From: Candidatus Micrarchaeota archaeon
Lineage (GTDB): Archaea; Micrarchaeota; Micrarchaeia; Norongarragalinales; SBBD01
Assembly (NCBI GenBank): GCA_043806595.1
Contig: JAZDGU010000042.1
Span: 1 to 30,967, forward strand
DNA length: 30,967 nt
Direction of reading: 5' to 3'
The first letter of the stretch is position 1, and the number at the start of each line of letters is the position of its first letter. The position numbers and the translations under genes are program-made. This document shows positions 9,303 through 17,641 of this stretch, piece by piece. The notes under the pieces are model-generated. The model did not search any database and had not been told where the DNA came from. It saw nothing but the letters and a program-made list of their open reading frames with translations.

Positions 9303-9662
9303 TTATTCCTCCTTGAAGCCCCCGAGGACGAGGGGCAGAAGCTTCGCCGCGGCCTTCTTGGGCTCCTTGTCGGAACGGATCTTGGCGGCGTCGCGCTCGG
9401 CCTTGGCAAGTATCTTATCGCACTCCGCCTGGATCTTCTTGAGCTCGGCGTCGATTAACTTCTGGCGCTCCTCTGCCGCCTTCTTCCTCGCCGCGGCTAT
9501 GACCCCTTGGGACTCCTCCCGGCCTTCCAGCACGATTTTTTCGGCGTCCTTGCGGGCTTGCTCCAGCCGTTTGGCCGCGAGTTCCTCCTCGCGCTTGAGC
9601 TCGGCGAGGCTCGCCGAAAAGTGCTTCTCCTCCTTTGGATGAGCTGCGTGGTGCGCGTCCAT
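9303..9662 (-). CDS. atpH: A/V-type ATP synthase subunit H (G-like stator)
   Basis: 119-aa E/K/A-rich coiled coil, first gene of the operon directly upstream of subunit I. Confidence 0.8.
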   Translation of the reverse strand: MDAHHAAHPKEEKHFSASLAELKREEELAAKRLEQARKDAEKIVLEGREESQGVIAAARKKAAEERQKLIDAELKKIQAECDKILAKAERDAAKIRSDKEPKKAAAKLLPLVLGGFKEE

Positions 9663-9726
9663 GCGGTTACCCCTTTTGGGACTTGGCTGGTTTTAGCAGA
9701 TGAACAGTTGAATACGGCAAAATACG

Positions 9727-9734
9727 TTTAAAAA
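9727..9734 (-). promoter_or_regulatory. Probable TATA box of the ATP synthase operon
   Basis: TTTTTAAA on the minus strand in the intergenic region upstream of atpH. Confidence 0.5.
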
Positions 9735-9765
9735 GTCTTTGATGGGTCGCCGGCATCGGATGCGG

Positions 9766-11178
9766 TCACTTGCGCTCGTCCAGCCGCGCGCGGAGCTCGA
9801 GGAGTTCCTTGTCCAGCGCCCCGGTCAGCTGGGAATAGCTCGCGTAGTCCACCTCCCGGGTCATGAAGCGCTTCATCAGGAGGATGCGCTCGGACTCGAT
9901 TTCATTGACGCGCGCGAGGGCATTCTTCCGGTCGTCGGAGGCCTTGCCCTTCCGGGCGCTGCGGTTGGCAAACATGCCGTAGAGCAGCACGCCGAGCATC
10001 GCGGCGACCGCGACGCCGGCGAGGGCGACGTTGTACATGAAGGAAGTGTTCTGAGTGCGGGCGAGGGCCTCCTTCAGGCGCTGAGACAATGTGTTCCACT
10101 TCTCCTGCGCCTCGCCGTATTTTCCGGCAAGATATAGTTCCCAGGCCTCGACGGACAGCTTGTGGAGCTCTTCGGCCTCCTCTCCCGGCGGCAGCCGCGA
10201 TATCAGGGATTCGAGGTATGCGGCCTCCGCTTCAATCCCGCTGGTGTTGGCTAGCGGCGTCGCCGTCGCGGTTGGTAAATGCCGGGGAGGCTGCCCCGAG
10301 CAGGAATCGGCGTGCGTGCACTCGCCGCCGGAGCAGGAGTCGAACGTGCAGTCGTCGCCGTCGTCGCAGTCGACGCCGCAGCACAAGTTGTTCTTCACGC
10401 AAGGGGTCCATCGGCCCATCGTGCACGTGTATTTCCCGGGGCAGAAGCCTTCGAAGCATGCGGCCAGCTTGCCTTCCGGCATGCACTCGGGGGTCGGCAC
10501 CGGAGTCAGCCTCGGGGCTGGGACCGGAGTCGGGGTCGGAAGCGGGATCCGGGTCGGAGAAGGGGACGGGGTCGGAGTAGGCGGCAGCGGGATTGGCAGG
10601 GTCGTGAAGGAACCGTCATCGGAGAAGTTTTCGATGAAACCGTTGAAGGTCGCAACCCGGTAATGGTAGGCGGTATTGGCTTCAAGCCCGTCGATGAAGA
10701 CCGAATGAAAAAGCACGCTGGCCATCGAATACGGGCCGGTGTCCCCGTAGGAGTCGTTTGGGCCGTATTCGACCTTTGATGTTCCTTCCGAGTCCGTAAT
10801 CCACGTGATGTTGGCGGAATTCGATGTGACGTTGGCCGAAATGTCCGTAATAAGTAGCGGGATGGAACGGCGGTCGACGCATTCGCCGGTGCAGCAATAA
10901 GCTCCTGAAAGTCCGCAATGACCCGTACCCAGAAAGGAGCAATTGAGGTAATAAAGGGTGCAGTATTGGCCGCAAAAACCGCCATCGTCTTCGCATGGGT
11001 TCAGGCAGGATTCCCTGCAGCAGCGGTCGGCGGAATCGCCGTACCAATTGCCGCCCGGGCAACGCTGGCTCCAGCTGCAGACGTGGAAGCCCAAATCAGT
11101 GCACTCCTCGGGGGTAGTGCCCGATGCAAACCCGGTTGAAAAAAGGAGGATCGCAGCAAATAGTCCGGCGCGGCGCAT
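9766..11178 (-). CDS. Secreted, membrane-anchored Cys-rich protein with a fibronectin type III-like domain
   Basis: Signal peptide and Cys-rich repeats. FN3-like ISANVTSNSANITWITD...SKVEYG...HSVFIDGLEANTAYHYRV, PT-rich linker, CDDGDDCTFDSC repeat, TM helix and cytoplasmic helical tail. Confidence 0.8.
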   Translation of the reverse strand: MRRAGLFAAILLFSTGFASGTTPEECTDLGFHVCSWSQRCPGGNWYGDSADRCCRESCLNPCEDDGGFCGQYCTLYYLNCSFLGTGHCGLSGAYCCTGECVDRRSIPLLITDISANVTSNSANITWITDSEGTSKVEYGPNDSYGDTGPYSMASVLFHSVFIDGLEANTAYHYRVATFNGFIENFSDDGSFTTLPIPLPPTPTPSPSPTRIPLPTPTPVPAPRLTPVPTPECMPEGKLAACFEGFCPGKYTCTMGRWTPCVKNNLCCGVDCDDGDDCTFDSCSGGECTHADSCSGQPPRHLPTATATPLANTSGIEAEAAYLESLISRLPPGEEAEELHKLSVEAWELYLAGKYGEAQEKWNTLSQRLKEALARTQNTSFMYNVALAGVAVAAMLGVLLYGMFANRSARKGKASDDRKNALARVNEIESERILLMKRFMTREVDYASYSQLTGALDKELLELRARLDERK

Positions 11179-11234
11179 ATGAAAGGAACCCCGGCGCGGA
11201 ATTTAAAGATGCCTGACGCCGCCCGCGGAAAACG

Positions 11235-12488
11235 TCAGGTGCCCTCCTGCCAGCCCTCCAGATACTTCCGCTGCTCCGGAGTCAGCACGTCGATCTCCAC
11301 GCCCCACGTCTTGAGCTTGAGCTTGGCGACGAGGTCGTCGATCTGCGTGGGAACCTCGTGCACGCCCGGCTTCAGCTTGCCTCTGTTCTTCACCAGGTAT
11401 TCGCTGACGAGCGCCTGGTCGCTGAAGCTCTGGTCCATGACCTCCGACGGGTGGCCCTCGGCGGCAGAGAGGTTGACGAGCCTGCCCTCGGAGAGCATGT
11501 TGACCCTCCTGCCGTCCTGCAGCGTGTACTCGACGACCTGCGGCCGGATCTCGCGCTTCGACTTCGAGGCCTTGTCCAACTCGGGCACGTTTATCTCGCA
11601 GTCGAAGTGGCCGGTGTTTGCCAGCACGGCGCCGTCGCGCACCAGCTTGAAGTGTTCCGTGGTGATGACATCCCTGCATCCCGTCGCGGTCACGAAGACG
11701 TCGCCAAGCCTGGCGGCCTCCCGCATCGGCATGACCTCGTAGCCATCCATGCGCGCCTCGAGGCCCTTCACGGGGTCTATTTCGGTCACGATGACGCGCG
11801 CGCCCATCCCCTTGGCACGCAGGGCGAAGCCACGGCCGCACCAGCCGTAGCCCGCGACGACGACGGTCCTGCCGGCAATAAGGAGGTTCGTCGAGCGGAT
11901 TATGCCGTCGAGCGTGCTCTGGCCGGTGCCGTAGCGGTTGTCGAAGAGGTGCTTGGTGGGGGTGTCATTGACGGCTACGACGGGGTACTTCAGCTCGCCT
12001 GCCTTGGCCATCGCGCGCAGGCGGATCACGCCCGTGGTCGTCTCCTCCTGTCCGCCAATCATGTCCTTGAGAAGCTCGGTGCGCTTGGTATGGATGGCGT
12101 TGATGAGGTCGGCGCCGTCGTCGAGGGAGATGTTCGGCCGCATGTCGAGGACCGCGTCGATGTGCTCGTAGTATTCCTTGTTGCTCTCGCCCTTGATGGC
12201 GAACACCGGCATCCCCTCTTCGGCAAGCGCGGCGGCGACGTCGTCCTGCGTGGAAAGCGGGTTGCTCGCGCAGAGCGCTACCTCGGCCCCGCCGTCGTTG
12301 AGCGTGCGCATGAGGACTGCTGTCTCCTTGGTCACGTGCAGGCAGGCGCCGATCCTGGCGCCCTTGAGCGGCTTCTCCTTCGCGAATCGCGCGCGGATCT
12401 CGGCGAGCACGGGCATGTGGCCCTCGGCCCACTCGATCTTGAGCCTGCCCTGTGGGGCGAGCTTGATGTCCTTGACGGAATGCTTCAT
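11235..12488 (-). CDS. ahcY: Adenosylhomocysteinase
   Basis: [48 protein letters not shown] and GHPSEVMD motifs. Confidence 0.98.
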   Translation of the reverse strand: MKHSVKDIKLAPQGRLKIEWAEGHMPVLAEIRARFAKEKPLKGARIGACLHVTKETAVLMRTLNDGGAEVALCASNPLSTQDDVAAALAEEGMPVFAIKGESNKEYYEHIDAVLDMRPNISLDDGADLINAIHTKRTELLKDMIGGQEETTTGVIRLRAMAKAGELKYPVVAVNDTPTKHLFDNRYGTGQSTLDGIIRSTNLLIAGRTVVVAGYGWCGRGFALRAKGMGARVIVTEIDPVKGLEARMDGYEVMPMREAARLGDVFVTATGCRDVITTEHFKLVRDGAVLANTGHFDCEINVPELDKASKSKREIRPQVVEYTLQDGRRVNMLSEGRLVNLSAAEGHPSEVMDQSFSDQALVSEYLVKNRGKLKPGVHEVPTQIDDLVAKLKLKTWGVEIDVLTPEQRKYLEGWQEGT

Positions 12489-12610
12489 GGACGAATCACC
12501 TTAGGAACAAACAGCAGATGCTCGTTAGACTAGGCAAATTTATTAATGCTCTTCCGGCGGCGGTCTCGCACCGGAACAACGGCTCAATAAAGAAAATATT
12601 GGTGAACATC

Positions 12611-13381
12611 TTGAAAAACTGCATGAGGAAAATCACACTCGATGAACAGACGATTACAGACCTTTATTGGAATAAGGGGTTAAGCCTGAGAGAAATCTCT
12701 TCGATTCTGGGGCATGATTTGAAAACGGTCCTTCGCAACTTCAAGGAAAAGGGGGTAGGGAGGCGAAATTTATTTTCAGCATGGGAAATTAGGAATAGGA
12801 AAAGGTTTTCGATTAGGAAAGAATGGGTCGAAGAACAATACTTGTTCGAGGGCAGGACGATTGAATCAATGGCGAAAGAAATTGGCATCCGACGAGGAAC
12901 GTTCGTAAAGCACATGAGAAGAATGGGGTTATCGACGAAGAACCCAAGGGAGGCGGTCATCGGGAGAAAAAAGAGCGAGCAGCACAAGCGCCATATTTCA
13001 TTGGGCCGGAAGATAATGTTAAAAAGGTCGCCTGGGCTAATTAGAAGCCTCAGGGCGCATCGGCTCAGACAGGTTCTGCCGGTCAAGGACACTCTCCCGG
13101 AGAGGCTCCTCGAAGAGGAGCTGGCACGAAGGGAATTTGGGCATTACAAGCAATATCCGATTCTTGGCGCATGCCAAGCTGACAAGGCATTCCCCGAAAA
13201 AAAGATTGCAGTGTTCTGTGACGGGGACTACTGGCATAGGCGTCCGGATGTTATGGAAAAGGATGCGAGGATAAACAAAAAGCTGGAATCGGCCGGCTGG
13301 ATAGTATTGCGTTTTTGGGAGCACGAAATCAAGGCCGACCCAAGGGAGGTTGTCGACAGGATTGAAAAAATGCTGAATTGA
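12611..13381 (+). CDS. Free-standing homing-endonuclease-like protein (2x HTH + NUMOD3-like + Vsr/DUF559 nuclease)
   Basis: Start is TTG 12611 after a GGTGA RBS, or ATG 12623. It has two HTH-like repeats (LYWNKGLSLREISSILG; YLFEGRTIESMAKEIG), NUMOD3-like GRKKSEQHKRHIS and Vsr-like DT.PE...KIAVFCDGDYWH...GWIVLRFWEHEI. It is visibly AT-richer than its flanks. Confidence 0.8.
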   Translation: MKNCMRKITLDEQTITDLYWNKGLSLREISSILGHDLKTVLRNFKEKGVGRRNLFSAWEIRNRKRFSIRKEWVEEQYLFEGRTIESMAKEIGIRRGTFVKHMRRMGLSTKNPREAVIGRKKSEQHKRHISLGRKIMLKRSPGLIRSLRAHRLRQVLPVKDTLPERLLEEELARREFGHYKQYPILGACQADKAFPEKKIAVFCDGDYWHRRPDVMEKDARINKKLESAGWIVLRFWEHEIKADPREVVDRIEKMLN

Positions 13382-13393
13382 GAGGTGTATTTG

Positions 13394-13540
13394 ATGGGTG
13401 CACGGCCCAGGAAGTGGAATGGTCATGCCCGTTTTACGGGCTGATCCCACAGAAAACGGGGCCACATGCGCTGGAAGTGGATCAAGAAGCGGCGCAAGAG
13501 GCTGAAACGCAAGCTCAAGAGGCGCGTGGGAGAGCTCTAG
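13394..13540 (+). CDS. rpl41e: Ribosomal protein eL41 (eS32), interrupted; predicted exons 13394-13419 and 13453-13540
   Basis: GAGGTG RBS at 13382-13387. The joined exons translate to [37 protein letters not shown] (37 aa), matching the long archaeal form ([17 protein letters not shown]) as I recall it. The uninterrupted part 13466-13540 encodes [16 protein letters not shown]... Confidence 0.88.
13420..13452 (+). other. Predicted 33-nt BHB/BHL-type (tRNA-endonuclease) intron in the rpl41e mRNA
   Basis: 4-bp helix GUGG(13414-17)/CCAC(13447-50), with 3-nt segments AAU(13418-20) and AGA(13451-53) on opposite strands. Inner stem is GGUCA/UGAUC plus GCCCGU/ACGGGC. There is an in-frame UGA at 13442-44. 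Confidence 0.8.
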
Positions 13541-13605
13541 TTCTCTCGATTCCCAGAGTAAACCATGGGGGGAGAGCCGTAGGCTCGCCGATAAACCCCC
13601 GCAGG

Positions 13606-13613
13606 TTTATATA
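13606..13613 (+). promoter_or_regulatory. TATA box of the PEF-CTERM protein gene, likely leaderless
   Basis: TTTATATA ending 24 nt before ATG 13637. Confidence 0.6.
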
Positions 13614-13636
13614 TGCCCTAGCCCTAGGGCTTTCTC

Positions 13637-14086
13637 ATGCGCGGTAACACAGCGGCGGCACTCGCGTTCATGCTCGCACTCGCCGCAAGTGTGGCCGCGG
13701 ACGTCATCTACCTCCACTGCCCGACGGTTTTCACGAAAAGCATCTCGACGGTCAAGGCCAACTACTTCAAGAACCTCACCGAAGGAGGGGGGCCGCTTCC
13801 GTCGTGCCTCGGGCTGAACGTGAGCATCGACGGAAGGCCCGCGCTGGACACGGAGTGCGTGAGCCCGGGCCTGATGAGCTTCAACCTCTCGACTCCCGTA
13901 GCGAAGACGTACACGATTACGGGGCTATCGAACGACACCCCGCCCTGGAACGGCGACGGCACGACCGCCACTTGCACAGTCCGGCGCAGCAGCTTCAACG
14001 TGAACGTGACTATTCCCGAGTTCGATTTGCTGCTCATTCCGTTGATCGCGGGCGCGGGCGTCCTGCTGATCCGCCGGAGGGGCTGA
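13637..14086 (+). CDS. Small secreted protein with a PEF-CTERM archaeal sorting signal
   Basis: Signal peptide, several N-x-S/T sequons, and C-terminal IPEF + hydrophobic helix + RRRG. Confidence 0.82.
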   Translation: MRGNTAAALAFMLALAASVAADVIYLHCPTVFTKSISTVKANYFKNLTEGGGPLPSCLGLNVSIDGRPALDTECVSPGLMSFNLSTPVAKTYTITGLSNDTPPWNGDGTTATCTVRRSSFNVNVTIPEFDLLLIPLIAGAGVLLIRRRG

Positions 14087-14152
14087 GCCGGCAAAGAGTT
14101 TAAAACCTTGAACCCGGTTTAGTGCATGCGTTTGCAGGGGGGGAAAGCGGGC

Positions 14153-15118
14153 ATGGCCGGATTCGTTCCGTGGATAGAGAAGTACAGGCCGCACAGGCTT
14201 GACGAAGTAGTGGGCAACGAGCCCGTCGTGCGCCAGCTCAAGTCGTTCGCCAAGAACGGGAACCCGCCCCACCTGCTTTTTGCGGGCCCCGCTGGCAGCG
14301 GCAAGACCTCGTGCGCGCTGGCGCTGGCGGCCGAGCTATTCGGGGACAGCACGTCCCAGTGCCTGCTTGAGCTCAACGCCTCGGACGAGCGGGGCATAGA
14401 CGTGGTACGGACCAAAATCAAGGACTTCGCGAGGACGCTGCCGCTTTCGGACGTGCCATTCAAGGCCATATTCTTGGACGAGGCGGACGCGCTCACGCAA
14501 GACGCCCAGCAGGCCCTCCGCCGGACAATGGAAAAGTACAGCGGCAACACGCGCTTCATACTCTCATGCAACTACAGCAGCAGGATAATCGAACCCATCC
14601 AGAGCAGGTGCGCGGTCTTCCGCTTCACGAGGCTCAGCGAGGAGGAGGTCAGGAAAATCGTCCGCAACATAACGCAGGCCGAGAAAATCGCCGCCGACGA
14701 GAAGGCCGTCGATGCCCTGGTCTACGTCAGCGACGGCGACGCGAGGAAGGCGATAAACGCGCTACAGGGCGCGGCCTCGGTGTCGGAGAAGGTGACGGCG
14801 GACGAGATATTCCGCGTCGCGAGCCGCGCGAGGCCCCAGGAAGTGGAGAAGATGATAAGGCACGCCCTCGACGGCGACTTCAACGCCGCGCGGAAGATGC
14901 TCGACGAGATAATGCTCAGGTACGGTATGTCCGGCGAGGAGGTCATCCTGCAGGTCTTCCGCGAGGTAACGGGCATGGCCCTGCCGGACAAGGACAAGGT
15001 CGCGCTCGTGGACCGCATCGGCGAGTACGACTTCCGCATCGTCGAGGGCGCGAACGAGAGGATACAGCTGGAAGCCCTTCTCGCGCAGATCATGCTCCAC
15101 GGCAAGAAGAAGGACTAG
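14153..15118 (+). CDS. rfcS: Replication factor C small subunit
   Basis: WIEKYRP, GPAGSGKT, LELNASDERGIDVVR, LDEADALT and IQSRC motifs. Alternative start at 14126. Confidence 0.97.
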   Translation: MAGFVPWIEKYRPHRLDEVVGNEPVVRQLKSFAKNGNPPHLLFAGPAGSGKTSCALALAAELFGDSTSQCLLELNASDERGIDVVRTKIKDFARTLPLSDVPFKAIFLDEADALTQDAQQALRRTMEKYSGNTRFILSCNYSSRIIEPIQSRCAVFRFTRLSEEEVRKIVRNITQAEKIAADEKAVDALVYVSDGDARKAINALQGAASVSEKVTADEIFRVASRARPQEVEKMIRHALDGDFNAARKMLDEIMLRYGMSGEEVILQVFREVTGMALPDKDKVALVDRIGEYDFRIVEGANERIQLEALLAQIMLHGKKKD

Positions 15119-15786
15119 GCAGTGCCACGATAGCATCCGGATACGATTGCATGGTATTCCCTGCCATCCGGCCCTATCTTGCCAGCGTCAAAATTCCCCT
15201 GCCCGGCGTGGTAGGCGGTGATGGCCGAGTCCACGTCGCAGTTATAGCGTACCAAAAGAAAATCGTGGTAGGCGGTCCCCGCATTGATGTTGTCGCCGGC
15301 ATTGAATATCTGTGAAATGTCCAGGCGGTACAGATTCTTTATCCAGCTGAAAGTCGAGTCGAGAAGCTGCATCATGCCTTTTGCATAGCCGTATTTTGTC
15401 CACGGTCCCATTGCATTTGCAACGCCACTGCTCTCCTGCTTTATCGTGCATTGGGTAAGGGCCACCCTGTCGACTTCGGGGCATTTCTTGTAGCGGCTTA
15501 CCGCGGATTTTATCAGGGAGGTACAGTCAACGGAAGGATTGCCCGCGATATTGTCTGAATTGGTGGCAAAGCAGCGGAAGTTGGTTATCTGGGCCCGTGT
15601 GACGTCCGGTGCGGCGGGCTGGGTCAATGCGGCAAGCGGGCTGGAGCCGCTCAGCCTCGGGGCGCTCGGGGACTCGATTACGTCGGCGCGCCGGGCGAGG
15701 GCGTCCCTGATCTCGACCACGTCGGCGGCAGGCAGCAGCGAGGCGAATAGGACGACTAGAAGGGCTGCTGCGGCGAGGTGGCGCAT
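15115..15786 (-). CDS. Secreted lytic transglycosylase (SLT/GH23-like)
   Basis: Signal peptide MRHLAAAALLVVLFASLLPAA, catalytic IKQESSG, AKGMMQL, NINAGTAY and AITAYHAGQG motifs. Confidence 0.88.
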   Translation of the reverse strand: MRHLAAAALLVVLFASLLPAADVVEIRDALARRADVIESPSAPRLSGSSPLAALTQPAAPDVTRAQITNFRCFATNSDNIAGNPSVDCTSLIKSAVSRYKKCPEVDRVALTQCTIKQESSGVANAMGPWTKYGYAKGMMQLLDSTFSWIKNLYRLDISQIFNAGDNINAGTAYHDFLLVRYNCDVDSAITAYHAGQGNFDAGKIGPDGREYHAIVSGCYRGTA

Positions 15787-15810
15787 GTGAGAATCACGCG
15801 GCCCCACGGT

Positions 15811-16173
15811 TTAAAACGGTTTCTTTTGCGGCTGGCGACGGCGGACCGCCGCTGACAAGCCCGGGAACAGCGGGCGGGCCTTCTTCAGGGTGCCGAAGAT
15901 TTTCTGCAGGCGCAAGGCGATGCCATGGCCGTCGTGGAGGCGCTTGAGGGCGAACGCGGCGACGGCCCGCTCTTGGAACGCGAGCGAGCAGCGGACAAGC
16001 GCCAGCTGCTCCGGCTCGTTGAACGCCTTCAGCTTGAGCGAGGAGTCCGCGATGCCCTTCTCCCCGAACGCCTCGAGGACGGCGCTGCGGAACAGGGCTT
16101 CGGCATCGCCTGCCGACACTGGAGCGGCGGAATCGATCTTCACGAGGAGGTAGCGGCGCTTTGCGAGCTTCAT
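15811..16173 (-). CDS. rnp2: Ribonuclease P protein component Pop5/Rpp14
   Basis: KRRYLLVKI, AVLEAFGEKG, ALVRC and IFGTLKKA motifs. Confidence 0.88.
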   Translation of the reverse strand: MKLAKRRYLLVKIDSAAPVSAGDAEALFRSAVLEAFGEKGIADSSLKLKAFNEPEQLALVRCSLAFQERAVAAFALKRLHDGHGIALRLQKIFGTLKKARPLFPGLSAAVRRRQPQKKPF

Positions 16174-16195
16174 GGTAGGGGTTCACTCATAAAAT

Positions 16196-17632
16196 TCATT
16201 CGGCCAGCACGTTGCGGATTATCCACTCGTCGTTGAACTCCTTGAGGTCGTCGTAGCCCTGGCCTGTTCCGACGAAGAATATCGGGAGCCGGCACTCGTA
16301 CGCGATGGATATGGAACCGCCGCCCTTGGCGTCGCAGTCGAGCTTCGTGAGTATTAGGCCGTCGATGTTGAGCTTCTCGTTGAAGGCCTTGACCTGCGTG
16401 ACGAGAGAGGCGCCGGCAATGGCCTCCGCGACGAAGAGCTTTAGGCCCGGCCGCGTGATGCGGACAATCTTTTCCATCTCGGCGAGCAAGTTCTTGTTCG
16501 TCTCCTGCCTTCCCGCGGTGTCCACTAGGACAGTGTCGATTCCTTGCTTTTTGGCGTGCGCGATGGCGTCGAATGCGACGGCCGCAGGGTCCGCGCCGTA
16601 GTCGTGCCTGACGACCTTGATGCCGAGCTTCTCCCCGTGGTGGACCGCCTGCTCTATCGCGGCGGCGCGGAAAGTGTCGCTCGCGGAGATTACGGAGGAA
16701 AAGCCGCGCTGCTTGAGGAGGTGCCCGACCTTGGCGATGGTCGTTGTCTTGCCCGCGCCGTTGGGGCCGAGGAATAGGATGACGAAGGGAGTGCGTCCGG
16801 AGGACTTGGCCTCAGAGACGAGATCGTAGAGCGAGCGCTTGCTTCCCTGCATCACCTGCGCTAGGGCGAAGGCGATCTCCTTGCCGACCTCTTCTGCCAT
16901 GCTCCCACGGGCGACCTTGCGGCCGACGAGGCGCCTGCGCAGGTCGGCGACGAGGGCCTGCGCGGTGTCGAGGGAGACGTCGCTCTCAAGTAGGGCGATC
17001 TCGAAGTCGCGGAACAGGGGCTCGGCCTCCTTCTCGGAGATTTCGACTTGGCCCGTGAACGCGCCCCTTAGCTGGGAGAAGATGCCGAGCTTGGGCTTGA
17101 GGTCGCGCTGCCTCTCGTCCGTCAGGAACGGCTGTTCCGCCCTCTCGACGAAGACCTTCTTGGCGACGGCCTCCTTCTCGCGCGCCATGACGATCCTGCG
17201 CTCGATGTCCTCGCGGTCGCGCTTGAGCCTGCCCTCCTCGGTCTCGCCGACGATTTCCTCGATTTCCTCCTCCTCGAATTCTTCGCCGTCTTCATCGCGG
17301 GGCGCGGGTTGCGAAACCGGGGCATCAGGCTTCGGGGCCTCGGACAAAACGGCCTTCACGGGCTCGGGGGCCACCGGCTCCTGCGGTTTTTCGGGAATCG
17401 GCGGCTCGGGAACGACTGCCGGCGGAGCCGCGGCTTGGGCGGGTTTTTCTTCAGGAACGGGAACTGGGACGGCAGCAGGCTGGGTAGTAGTTGAAGGCTG
17501 CTCGGGCGTGGTTTCGGGGGCGGCTTGCCGTTCGGGAGGAGCCTGGGGCGCGGGCTCGGCGGGCTTTTCCTCTTCGGCGCCGACCACCGCGGAGACGAAC
17601 TCCTTGACCTTTTTCCTCAGGAAGTCGAACAA
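16196..17632 (-). CDS. ftsY: Signal recognition particle receptor FtsY
   Basis: LLESDV, GPNGAGKTTTIAK, DTFRAAAIEQ, DTAGR and TKLD..AKGG motifs, with an acidic/Pro-rich N-terminal region. Confidence 0.97.
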   Translation of the reverse strand: MFDFLRKKVKEFVSAVVGAEEEKPAEPAPQAPPERQAAPETTPEQPSTTTQPAAVPVPVPEEKPAQAAAPPAVVPEPPIPEKPQEPVAPEPVKAVLSEAPKPDAPVSQPAPRDEDGEEFEEEEIEEIVGETEEGRLKRDREDIERRIVMAREKEAVAKKVFVERAEQPFLTDERQRDLKPKLGIFSQLRGAFTGQVEISEKEAEPLFRDFEIALLESDVSLDTAQALVADLRRRLVGRKVARGSMAEEVGKEIAFALAQVMQGSKRSLYDLVSEAKSSGRTPFVILFLGPNGAGKTTTIAKVGHLLKQRGFSSVISASDTFRAAAIEQAVHHGEKLGIKVVRHDYGADPAAVAFDAIAHAKKQGIDTVLVDTAGRQETNKNLLAEMEKIVRITRPGLKLFVAEAIAGASLVTQVKAFNEKLNIDGLILTKLDCDAKGGGSISIAYECRLPIFFVGTGQGYDDLKEFNDEWIIRNVLAE

Positions 17633-17641
17633 CGGGCATCA

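Noticed and set aside
11358..12533. 391-aa plus-strand ORF, and similar long ORFs at 16839-17993 and 19475-20734
   Set aside because: Antisense to well-supported genes (ahcY, ftsY/pfdA, ribosomal proteins).
13442..13444. UGA readthrough or recoding as the explanation of the rpl41e interruption
   Set aside because: UGA terminates many genes in this window. Readthrough would leave an 11-aa insertion in a tiny conserved peptide, whereas excision at BHB positions restores it exactly.
13561..13605. Small hairpins after rpl41e as a riboswitch or ncRNA
   Set aside because: Only short stems (GAGCC/GGCTC), with no recognisable family consensus.
14153..15118. Intein in rfcS, a frequent intein host
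   Set aside because: The length is normal and the Walker and sensor motifs are contiguous.
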